Shown one piece after another: positions 28,978 through 37,232 of a stretch of DNA of 64,000 nt (within the stretch, counting starts at the first letter, position 1; the number at the start of each line of letters is the position of its first letter). A model generated the notes under the pieces. That model was not told the DNA's origin and searched no databases. It saw only the letters and a program-made list of their open reading frames with translations. Both the position numbers and the translations under genes were made by a program. Source of the stretch: Myxococcota bacterium (GTDB taxonomy: Bacteria > Myxococcota_A > Polyangia > Nannocystales > Nannocystaceae); contig JBCCHT010000001.1 of the NCBI GenBank assembly GCA_039028615.1, forward strand, positions 544,001 through 608,000, read 5' to 3'.

Positions 28978-30449
28978 GCCGCTGCCCCTCGCTGCTGCGC
29001 GGCGGCAGAGACCAGGAGCAAGCCATCATCGACCAAGCGTTGCAGCGTGTTCCACCGCGCCGTGCCCGGAGTGGCCAGCGAAGCAGCGTGCTGGGGCCCA
29101 GCGCAAGCCTCCACCCAGGGGTCATCCTCGAGGTCCACTGGCAACGCAGCCGGCCACGCGGGGTCGAGCAGTCGAAGCCGTCCGTCGCCCCAGCGCACCA
29201 AAGGAGCGGCCCACCGCACGTGGCTGTCGTCGGTGAGCGTCGGCGCGGCGGTTTCGACATAGCGCGCCACGGGCTCGGCAAACGACTCCCACGCGGGCAC
29301 GGTGGGCGGCAGCAGCGACGGCTCGGCCGACGGCGTGGGCGGTGAAGTCGTCACGATCGTCTCCCCCAAGCCCTGGGCTCGCCTCGCGATGGCGTCCTCG
29401 AAGGCCCGGCACAGAATGTCGGAGCACACCGCCTCCGAGTAGCCGGAGCTGGCGTGCTCGGCCGCGGCCACGCTCATGGCCTCGTGGCGGTCGGCATCGG
29501 ACATGATCCGCACGACCGCGTCGACCCCGGCGTCGGCATCGATGCGGATCCCGCTGCGGGTGATCCACGTGGGCATCAAGGCACCCGTCACCCCGGGCCG
29601 CACGGAGTCCTTGAGGCCACCGTGCGCCGCCCCCACCACGGGGACCCCACAGGCCATCGCTTCTACCGGCACGTAGCCGAAGTTCTCGTCGATTGCGCTG
29701 GTCGGGTGCAGCAACACGTCCATCGCCCCGAAGGCCATGGCCAGCTCCTCGTCGCTCAGGTTGGCGGGAAAGCAGACCAGATCCTCGGCGATCCCCAGCC
29801 GCTGCACGAGGGCCGCGATGTGTTCCCGATACTGGGCGCAGCCGTAGTCGAGCACGGGATAGCTGGTGTGGAAGTTGCCCACCACCAGCGCCACCACCCG
29901 CTGGGGAGCCATCTGCTCCCGGATGCGCGCGAAGGCGCGGAGGAACACGTGCAGGTTCTTCTGCGGCACCAGTCGGCATACGAAGCCCAGCACGTGGTCG
30001 CAGGGCGGAAGCTCGAGCTCCCGACGGCAGTCCCCCTGGTCGTAGGGGGTGAACAGCTCGGTGTCGACGGGCAGGGGCAGGCGCACCAGGTGCGGCGTGG
30101 GTCCCTCGCACAGGTCCTGCATGATCTCGGCGTCGGAGCGGCAGTTGAGCAGCAGCGTATCGTTACGATGCAGGTGCGGGAACCGATCGCGCAAGCCCGC
30201 GTGGCTCACCACCGGGCCCCCGTGCATGGCGAGCACGATGGGCGTATCGGCGGGCCGCGGTTGCGAGAACCACTGCGAGCCGTGAAACGACAAGATGGCA
30301 TCGACCGGTGGCGTGGGCTCGCCTTCGCCGACCGCATCGAGGTCGACCAGCTCGAAGCGTCGACGCAAGGCTCGCTCGTAGAACTTCCGGGTCCGCTCGA
30401 CGCTGACCCACTCGTGGGGGCCGAAGCCCCAAGTGCCAATGCGATGCAT
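28974..30449 (-). CDS. GT-B fold glycosyltransferase (GT4-like) with C-terminal wHTH/RRE-like extension
   Basis: RLVPQKN, DENFGYVPVEAMACGVPVV; C-terminal ...LQRLVDDGLL. Confidence 0.88.
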   Translation of the reverse strand: MHRIGTWGFGPHEWVSVERTRKFYERALRRRFELVDLDAVGEGEPTPPVDAILSFHGSQWFSQPRPADTPIVLAMHGGPVVSHAGLRDRFPHLHRNDTLLLNCRSDAEIMQDLCEGPTPHLVRLPLPVDTELFTPYDQGDCRRELELPPCDHVLGFVCRLVPQKNLHVFLRAFARIREQMAPQRVVALVVGNFHTSYPVLDYGCAQYREHIAALVQRLGIAEDLVCFPANLSDEELAMAFGAMDVLLHPTSAIDENFGYVPVEAMACGVPVVGAAHGGLKDSVRPGVTGALMPTWITRSGIRIDADAGVDAVVRIMSDADRHEAMSVAAAEHASSGYSEAVCSDILCRAFEDAIARRAQGLGETIVTTSPPTPSAEPSLLPPTVPAWESFAEPVARYVETAAPTLTDDSHVRWAAPLVRWGDGRLRLLDPAWPAALPVDLEDDPWVEACAGPQHAASLATPGTARWNTLQRLVDDGLLLVSAAAQQRGAAA

Positions 30450-30461
30450 GCTTTCGTGCTC

Positions 30462-31466
30462 CTATCGGGTGCGGGTCGTGGCCGGCTCGGCCAGCAAGAC
30501 GCGACTGCCCGCGTCATCAAAAACGAACGGGAACTCGGTGTAGGCGGCCAAGTCGCGCCGAATGGCGGATTGATGCTCGGGCGAGGCCACGAGCAACAGA
30601 CAACCCGTACCGCCCGCGCCCAGCAGCTTGCCGCCGAACGCACCTCGAGCGCGCGCCCGGTCGTAGGCCTCGTCCACATGGGCGGGAGAGATGCCGGCCG
30701 TCAGCCTTCGTTTGACCTGCCAGGTCTCGTCGAGCAACGCCCCCAGCTCCGCGACGGGAGCCCGACGGCGCAGGGCGGCCCCGAACGCTTCGCACTGACC
30801 ACGGATGGTGCGCAGGCGCTCGGTCTGATCCGCGCTGGGCTTCGCCAACGGCTTGAGCAGATCCCCCGCCCGCCGCTGCCCGCCGAGATAGAACAGCATC
30901 AACGACGCCTCGAGCTCGTCCCGGTACGCCACGGGAAGCTCCATCGGCCGCGCGTGCACCTGCTCGTCGGGCAAGAAGTGCAGGTTCTGGCAGCCCCCCA
31001 CCGCGGCGATGGTCTGGTCTTGGCGTCCGATCGGCTGCCCCAGGCGATCGGTCTCGAGTCGAAAGGCTCGCTCCGCCAGCGTGCGCCAGTCGGTGGGCTC
31101 TCCCCGCAGCCGAGCCAGCCCGTGCAGCAGCCCCACGCAGAAGCTCGACGACGACCCCAACCCGGTGCCCCCCGGGACGTCGCTCGAGGAGCTGATGTCC
31201 AGCGGCCCCGTCTGGCCCGTCGCACGCAGAGCCTCCCGCACGATCGGGTGCTCGATCGCGTCGATGTGCTCCGCCTCCTCGTACATGCCGCAGGCGATCC
31301 GAAAGCGCGGGCCCGACCCCTCCGGTCGTTGTCGCAGCATCACGTCGATGTGCAGGCCGATCGCCGTCGAGATCACCTCGCCGCCGTGCTCGCGATAAAA
31401 CGACGGCAGGTCGGTCCCGCCGCCCACGAAGCTGGTGCGTAGCGGCGTGCGGGTGACGATCAACAT
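30462..31466 (-). CDS. hddA: D-glycero-alpha-D-manno-heptose-7-phosphate kinase (GHMP family)
   Basis: TPLRTSFVGGGTDLP, PGGTGLGSSS, IGRQDQ, GGKLLGAGGTG; start at ATG 31466. Confidence 0.88.
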   Translation of the reverse strand: MLIVTRTPLRTSFVGGGTDLPSFYREHGGEVISTAIGLHIDVMLRQRPEGSGPRFRIACGMYEEAEHIDAIEHPIVREALRATGQTGPLDISSSSDVPGGTGLGSSSSFCVGLLHGLARLRGEPTDWRTLAERAFRLETDRLGQPIGRQDQTIAAVGGCQNLHFLPDEQVHARPMELPVAYRDELEASLMLFYLGGQRRAGDLLKPLAKPSADQTERLRTIRGQCEAFGAALRRRAPVAELGALLDETWQVKRRLTAGISPAHVDEAYDRARARGAFGGKLLGAGGTGCLLLVASPEHQSAIRRDLAAYTEFPFVFDDAGSRVLLAEPATTRTR

Positions 31467-32782
31467 GCGATCGCCTCCCGGGCCAGCCAGGCCGCGATCG
31501 CGGCGGGAAGATGGGGGAACCACCGAACGCCACGGCGCAGGGCCTCGGACCGAACGCCGTCTCCGAGCAGCAACGGCTCCACACCCGCTCGCATCCCCGC
31601 CTGCGCATCACAGAGGCTGTCGCCGAACATGGCCGAGGTCGCGACGTCGACCCGAAGTTCGCTCATCGCCCGCAGCAGCAGGCCGGGGGCGGGCTTGCGA
31701 CAGTCGCACTCGACCTTGAGTTCGACACGCTCGCCCTCGAAGCCGCGATGGGGATGATGAGGGCAGTAGTAGAGACGATCGAGGTACGCCCCCTCGGCGC
31801 CCAGCTGCCCCTCGAGGCGGGCATGAATCGCGCGCAGCTGCGTCTCGTCGCACATCCCTCGCGCCACGACCGGCTGATTGGTGACCACCACGACCTGCAC
31901 CCCCGCGCGATTGAGCGAACGAATCGCCGAACCGACGCCGGGGAGCAGCTCGATCTGCTCCGGGCGCGAGACATAGCCGACGTGGCGATTGATGGTCCCG
32001 TCGCGATCGAGGAACGCGGTACGCCGCGGCAAGGCAGCGCCCTGCACCAGGCCGCGCTCCCAGTCGTCACAGACCCGCCGATAGCGAGACGGCGTGCCCA
32101 TGTCCTTGAGGTACTCCGAGGTCTCGTAGCCGAAGATCGGCTCTCCGTCCCGATGGGCCCGGGCCAAGATGTCGTGCACCAAGTCGAGCTTGCGACCGGT
32201 GGGCAGCGCCCGGGTGAGCGCCGCGTCGACCACGAAGACCCCCGCGGTGACCAGGTTTCGGACTTCGAGCCCGAGGGGATGGGGCTTGGTGTGCAGCGCG
32301 ACCAGCCGCCCTCGCGGGTCGAGCTCCACCAGGTCGCTGTCGTGGGGGTGATCGTTGGGGTGCACGACCGCGGTCACCCGAGCCTCGTGTCGCCGATGCG
32401 CCTGCACCAAGGCGCGCAGGTCCATCTCGAACACCACGTCACCGAACGCCACCACCCGCGGGCCGTGACCGGGGACCAGCGAGAGGCAGCCTCCCGACCC
32501 CAGCGGCTGCGACTCGACGACGACCTCGACTCGGCAACGCTCGTCCGACCACCCGCGGGCCTGGACCTCGATCACCTCGGATCGGTGCCCGGCCAGGATC
32601 ACGACCCGACCGATACCCGCTCGCCGAAACTGCTCGATCTGACGGGCGATGAGCGGCACGCCGCCGATGGGCAGCATCGGCTTGGGCCGAGCTCGGGCCG
32701 CGTCACCCAGGCGAGTCCCCAGGCCTCCGGCCACGATCACCCCGATGGGGGCGTCCTCGAGTGCGTCACGCGTCGTGTTCAT
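31460..32782 (-). CDS. Fused heptose-1-phosphate nucleotidyltransferase (HddC-like) and heptose bisphosphate phosphatase (GmhB-like HAD)
   Basis: AGGLGTRL...PKPM N-terminal domain; FLDRDGTIN, VVTNQ, CPHHP...CDCRKP, GDS C-terminal domain. Confidence 0.9.
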   Translation of the reverse strand: MNTTRDALEDAPIGVIVAGGLGTRLGDAARARPKPMLPIGGVPLIARQIEQFRRAGIGRVVILAGHRSEVIEVQARGWSDERCRVEVVVESQPLGSGGCLSLVPGHGPRVVAFGDVVFEMDLRALVQAHRRHEARVTAVVHPNDHPHDSDLVELDPRGRLVALHTKPHPLGLEVRNLVTAGVFVVDAALTRALPTGRKLDLVHDILARAHRDGEPIFGYETSEYLKDMGTPSRYRRVCDDWERGLVQGAALPRRTAFLDRDGTINRHVGYVSRPEQIELLPGVGSAIRSLNRAGVQVVVVTNQPVVARGMCDETQLRAIHARLEGQLGAEGAYLDRLYYCPHHPHRGFEGERVELKVECDCRKPAPGLLLRAMSELRVDVATSAMFGDSLCDAQAGMRAGVEPLLLGDGVRSEALRRGVRWFPHLPAAIAAWLAREAIAC

Positions 32783-32791
32783 GGCGAGTCC

Positions 32792-34471
32792 TCAGGCGAC
32801 GGCGAAGACCTGCGCTTGGTACAGGCCGGGCTCCGCGTTCTCGTCGCGTAGCGCCATCAAGGCGTCTTCGATGGGGTCTCGGGTGTGCTCGATGAGCAGC
32901 AGCATCGCCTTGGCGACATCGGCCGGCGGCGTCTCGTGGGGCACGGCGACCCGCAGGCGACCGCGCCCGCGGCTCCATTGCGGCTGCCAGTCGACATAGA
33001 CCCCGCCGAGAAGCTCGCGCACGGGCTCGACCAACGTGGCGATCGTGGTCCGCAGCGGCCGAACCGCCTCGCTCTCGATGTGGATCTCGAGCGTGAAGAT
33101 GGGCTCGGTGTCACCGTAGTCGAGCAGCTCGTAGTGCAGGGCCTGGGGCCACGTGGCGGGCTTGATGTGACGGAAGTGGTGCCGGAATCCCCGAGGGGCG
33201 AGCTCAGCGGGGGCCTGGGCCGCATACGCCTCGAGCACCGCGGCGAACTCCGGCCGCATCGTCGTGGCCTCGGCCGAGGTGAACGCGTGCAACGAAGCCG
33301 GCTCCACCGTCTCCGTCGGCCCCAGCTTTCGACCGTCGAAATCGATGCAGAACTCGGCCCGCTGCTGCGCCGAGGGCATCCACGCCTGTGGGTACGCGGC
33401 CAGCAATCCGGGCAGCAGCGTCAGCGCCCGACGGTAGTGCCCGTAGAACAAGAACTGCTCGGCGAAGGGGCTGCGGGGCAGCCAAGCCGGCATCGCGCGG
33501 TTGATCGCGTTGGCGATGCGCACCATGGCGTTGCGGTGCAACGGCGAGATTTCGTAGCCCATGCCGCCTGCGAATGCGGCGAGCTCGATGTAGTGCCCGG
33601 CCAGGAACACGTGATCCTCGAAGCGATCCGCCACCGCCAGCGTGTCACGCAGCTCCTTGACCAAGCCGCCGGGCGCGACGTCCCGCTCCACCGTGGACCC
33701 GTCCAGGCGATCGAGCACCAGCGCCAGCAGCAGCATCAGGTCGAGCTGCCCGTCGAGGAAGGCCTGCGCCTGCGCCCGGTGGCGCTTCAGCTGCGGAATC
33801 ATGGCCGCCGCCGCGCAGATCCCCTCGGTGAGGTGGACCTTGCGACACACGCGGAAGTGACCGTGGTGATGGCCATCGATGGCCAAGTCCATGATCCCGG
33901 AGACGTCCATGCTGCGACCGGCGAGTTCGAAGCGGGTGTCCGGCTCGACTCCGAGGTGCGCGAGGGCGAAGAGCATGTGCCCCATCTCCGCGCCGTCGTC
34001 GGTCTGAATGGTGCGGCTGCGATCGTAGAGCTGTCGCAGGGTGCACCCGAGCCCGGGAATCTCGTGGTCGAACCCGATCCCCGCCATCGCGGCGTAGGCC
34101 AGGGTCTGGAACGGGTGAAAGTCACCGTCGCGATCGAACTGAACGAGGTAGGGCTCCCCCACCCGCTCGGCCCGGCAGTAGCTGACGAGGCCTTCGGTCA
34201 GCCGATGCCCCCCGACGACCGCGTCTCCCCAGCCGTTGAGGAGGTGGCAGTAGTGCGAGAGCATCGCGCCGTCCATGATCTCGCCCAGTCGTCGCTGCAT
34301 CGCGTCGACCACCAGCGCGTCGGCCTTGGCCGCGGCGGCTTCGTCGAGCGCGGGGGACTCGGCTTCGAGCTGGTCGTAGAAATCCGAGACGGCGTCGGCC
34401 TCGGCGTCGCTCAGCTCGACGGGCCACCACTCCAGGGCGTCGTGATCGTGCTCGTGGTTCGATGTACACAT
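32792..34471 (-). CDS. Hypothetical His-rich protein of about 559 aa in the heptose/peptide operon
   Basis: GAGG RBS before ATG 34471 (MCTSNHEHDHD); tight spacing to neighbours; no family recognised. Confidence 0.75.
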   Translation of the reverse strand: MCTSNHEHDHDALEWWPVELSDAEADAVSDFYDQLEAESPALDEAAAAKADALVVDAMQRRLGEIMDGAMLSHYCHLLNGWGDAVVGGHRLTEGLVSYCRAERVGEPYLVQFDRDGDFHPFQTLAYAAMAGIGFDHEIPGLGCTLRQLYDRSRTIQTDDGAEMGHMLFALAHLGVEPDTRFELAGRSMDVSGIMDLAIDGHHHGHFRVCRKVHLTEGICAAAAMIPQLKRHRAQAQAFLDGQLDLMLLLALVLDRLDGSTVERDVAPGGLVKELRDTLAVADRFEDHVFLAGHYIELAAFAGGMGYEISPLHRNAMVRIANAINRAMPAWLPRSPFAEQFLFYGHYRRALTLLPGLLAAYPQAWMPSAQQRAEFCIDFDGRKLGPTETVEPASLHAFTSAEATTMRPEFAAVLEAYAAQAPAELAPRGFRHHFRHIKPATWPQALHYELLDYGDTEPIFTLEIHIESEAVRPLRTTIATLVEPVRELLGGVYVDWQPQWSRGRGRLRVAVPHETPPADVAKAMLLLIEHTRDPIEDALMALRDENAEPGLYQAQVFAVA

Positions 34472-34481
34472 GGCGAGTTCC

Positions 34482-35084
34482 TCACTGGGCGGCGTTGGCC
34501 GGGCCCTGGGCCATCGCGTGGGCAATGGCGTGGCAGACCACGCTATGGGCGTCTTCGACGCTGAGATAGTCGTGTTGGGGGACGTGCACGCAGATGTCGC
34601 AGGCGGCCGCGAGACGACCTCCGTCGAAGCCCACGAGGCCGACGGTTCGGGCCCCGCGGTCCCGAGCGAGCTCGATGGCGCGTACGCAGTTCTCCGAGTT
34701 CCCCGAGGCCGAGATGGCCAGCACCACATCGCGTGGCTCGAGCGCGGTGAGCTGGCCGGCGAACACGTTCTCGTAGCCCGTGTCGTTGGCCAGCGCGGAG
34801 AAGGTGCTCATGTTGCCGTTGAGGCAGTGCGTGCGCAGGACGGGCGGCAGCCGAGCCGTCACCGCGCTCAAGTCGTTGGCCAGGTGCAGCGCGGTCGTGC
34901 TGCTACCCCCGTTGCCGAACAGGTGGGCCGTGCCCCCCCGGCGCCGGGTCTCGTCCAGCGCATGCACCGTGGCGGCGACTCGATCGGTGGGAACCCGAGC
35001 CAGGAGCTCGGCCACGCTTCGCAGGTGATCGTCGATGACCGACTCGAGGTCGAAGGCGTCAATGGTGGCGGCGTAGGGTTCCAC
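34482..35084 (-). CDS. gmhA: Phosphoheptose (sedoheptulose-7-phosphate) isomerase, SIS domain
   Basis: FGNGGSSTTALH, ALANDTGYENVF, AISASGNSEN, VEDAHSVVCH; start inferred at GTG 35084. Confidence 0.9.
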   Translation of the reverse strand: MEPYAATIDAFDLESVIDDHLRSVAELLARVPTDRVAATVHALDETRRRGGTAHLFGNGGSSTTALHLANDLSAVTARLPPVLRTHCLNGNMSTFSALANDTGYENVFAGQLTALEPRDVVLAISASGNSENCVRAIELARDRGARTVGLVGFDGGRLAAACDICVHVPQHDYLSVEDAHSVVCHAIAHAMAQGPANAAQ

Positions 35085-35194
35085 GGCAGTTTCGATCGTC
35101 GAAGGAGAGGGAGAGGAAGGAAGGGGTGACGACACGGGCCAGCAAGCCAGCCCGCATCGCCACCGATGCCGCACCGAAGCGCGACGATGGGAGC

Positions 35195-35395
35195 TCAGAA
35201 GGGCAGGCCGGGGAGACCGGGGAGGCGACCGATCGGCTGCACGCCGGGCAGGTCGCAGCCAGTGCAGCCCTGCACGCAGCAGCCGGGAACCGGCACGCCA
35301 CGGGCTCCGCCGGTGGCCGACGCCAGGTCGTCCTTGGACAGAGCCTTGCCGGGGGTGCGATTGCGACGCGAGAGAATGCGCTTGCGGTTCTTCAT
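35195..35395 (-). CDS. 66-aa double-glycine-leader precursor peptide (candidate RiPP precursor)
   Basis: GAGG RBS; MKNRKRILSRRNRTPGKALSKDDLASATGG | ARGVPVPGCCVQGCTGCDLPGVQPIGRLPGLPGLPF; LSxxxLxxxxGG matches the double-glycine leader consensus. Confidence 0.8.
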   Translation of the reverse strand: MKNRKRILSRRNRTPGKALSKDDLASATGGARGVPVPGCCVQGCTGCDLPGVQPIGRLPGLPGLPF

Positions 35396-35667
35396 GATGA
35401 TGTTTCCTCGTGGGTGGGCCGCGAGCCTCGTGCTCGCGGCGTGCAACGGGCTAGAGCCCCGAGCTCGGGCTCGGATCATTGGAGCCGGGGGAAAGTCGGC
35501 GCGCATTTCTCACATCCCCCGCCGCACTTTTTCGCGATCCGGTTGCGGTCAGGGGGTTCCCCACTACGTTTCCTGCCGGTTTTTTGGGCCCAGGGGCGGC
35601 ACCTGCTAGCGAACAATTCCCGGGCTCCGTCCCGTGTCCGCGCCCTTTCACGCCCTCGCTCGCCGCC

Positions 35668-37173
35668 GTGCCTCGTTCCACCCAACGCCGCAAGAAGCCG
35701 CGAACCGAGCGGATTGCTCGACCCAAGCGCCCGCGCAAGCCCTCGAAGACCTCCAATCGTCGAGTGCGACCGGGAGGCAAGGGTGAGCGACCGGCCGGGC
35801 GTCGACGCGAGCGCAAAGTCCTGAGCGTCGCGGACCGCAAGGCCCGTAACCGCACCATCTTGTTGATGTCGATCCTCGGCCTCATCAACGCGTACGTGTT
35901 CGTGTGGCAAGGCGATGGCCTGGCCGGGCTCGCGGGGGCTCCCTCGGCCGTCATCGGCAAGGGTGGACCGCTGCCGCCGGTCGCCGATCCCCCCGAGCAA
36001 GCGTGCACGGGTGACGCGGTGCGAATCTTCGAAGGCCTCGAAGACCTGGTCCACCTCGACTCCGCCCTCACCCGCGGCTTCACGCTGCGCCTGGCCCTGC
36101 TCCAGATGGGCATCGAGGGCACCGAGATCGACCACATCGAGGCCAGCGTGCGACCCCACGTCGACCTGAGCCTGCTGGGCGGCAGCGGGGCTCCGGTCCG
36201 GGTGGCCATGGATCGCCTGGGTGGAGTACGAGCCCTCGAGATCGAGCTCGCCGAGGGTCATGTCCTGCAGGCCTGCCGCGACAGCGACGAGAAAGATGGC
36301 TACGCCGTCCGCAACCTCCAGCACCCGCTGCGCAGCGACGTGGAGGTCATCGCCCTCAAGCTCGGCCGCGATGCGGACCTCGCCTCCGCCATCGAGCGGG
36401 CCGAAGAAAAGCCCGACCTCGCCCGCATGATCGCGACGCAGCTGGCGGCCGAGGTCGACTTCATGACCGAGGCCCGCCCCGACGACGAGATCACGGTGGT
36501 CGTGGAGAAGCGCTGGCTCGGCCGACACTTCCACCGCTACGGGGCTCTGCTCGCGGTGCGCTTCCGCGGCGTCGCGACTCGAGCCGCGCACTACCTCTAC
36601 AAGCCCGAGGGCGCGCCCGCGGGGTACTTCGACGCCCGGGGCAAGCCGGCTCGTCGCGCCTTGCTGCGCAGCCCGGTCGGCCTCCACCACGTCGCCCCCG
36701 AGGCTCGCGGCATGCTCCCGCCTTCGCTGGAGGTCATCGAGGGCCGCATGGGTGCCTCGTATCGGCTCTCCGAGGGCGCCCCGCTGGTCGCGATCGGCGA
36801 GGGCATCGTGGTCGAGCTCGACGAGGACGGAGAACGCGGCCTGTTCATCGACCTCGAGCTCGACGACGGCACGCTCGTCCGCTACGCCCACATGCTCCGG
36901 GTGCTGGGTAGCATCGAGGTCGGCACCAAGCTTCGCCAGGGGCAGATCATCGGGCTCGCCGGTCACTCCGGCCGCACCCCGCACGACCGGCTCCGGCTCG
37001 AGCTGTGGGAAAAGCTCGACGACGACCGCCAGACGGTCGATCCGATGCTTCTGGCCGCCAAGGGCAGCGCCCGGCCTCAGCGGGTCGGGCCCGGCATCCC
37101 GGCCGAGCAACAGGCGCGCTACGAAGAAGACATCGCCCCGCGTAGGCGTGCGCTCCGGGTCGCCCAGCACTGA
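35668..37173 (+). CDS. Membrane-anchored M23 peptidase-like protein, probably catalytically degenerate
   Basis: Basic N-terminus, TM, YAHM...LRQGQIIGLAGHSGR M23 core; start uncertain. Confidence 0.75.
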   Translation: MPRSTQRRKKPRTERIARPKRPRKPSKTSNRRVRPGGKGERPAGRRRERKVLSVADRKARNRTILLMSILGLINAYVFVWQGDGLAGLAGAPSAVIGKGGPLPPVADPPEQACTGDAVRIFEGLEDLVHLDSALTRGFTLRLALLQMGIEGTEIDHIEASVRPHVDLSLLGGSGAPVRVAMDRLGGVRALEIELAEGHVLQACRDSDEKDGYAVRNLQHPLRSDVEVIALKLGRDADLASAIERAEEKPDLARMIATQLAAEVDFMTEARPDDEITVVVEKRWLGRHFHRYGALLAVRFRGVATRAAHYLYKPEGAPAGYFDARGKPARRALLRSPVGLHHVAPEARGMLPPSLEVIEGRMGASYRLSEGAPLVAIGEGIVVELDEDGERGLFIDLELDDGTLVRYAHMLRVLGSIEVGTKLRQGQIIGLAGHSGRTPHDRLRLELWEKLDDDRQTVDPMLLAAKGSARPQRVGPGIPAEQQARYEEDIAPRRRALRVAQH

Positions 37174-37232
37174 TTCGGCGAAAAAACGCGGTCCTCGTGA
37201 TCCGGCCCTCGACGGGCGGGCACACAAAGATC

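Noticed and set aside
35101..35126. Purine-only tract between the precursor gene and gmhA
   Set aside because: Short low-complexity sequence with no function I can support
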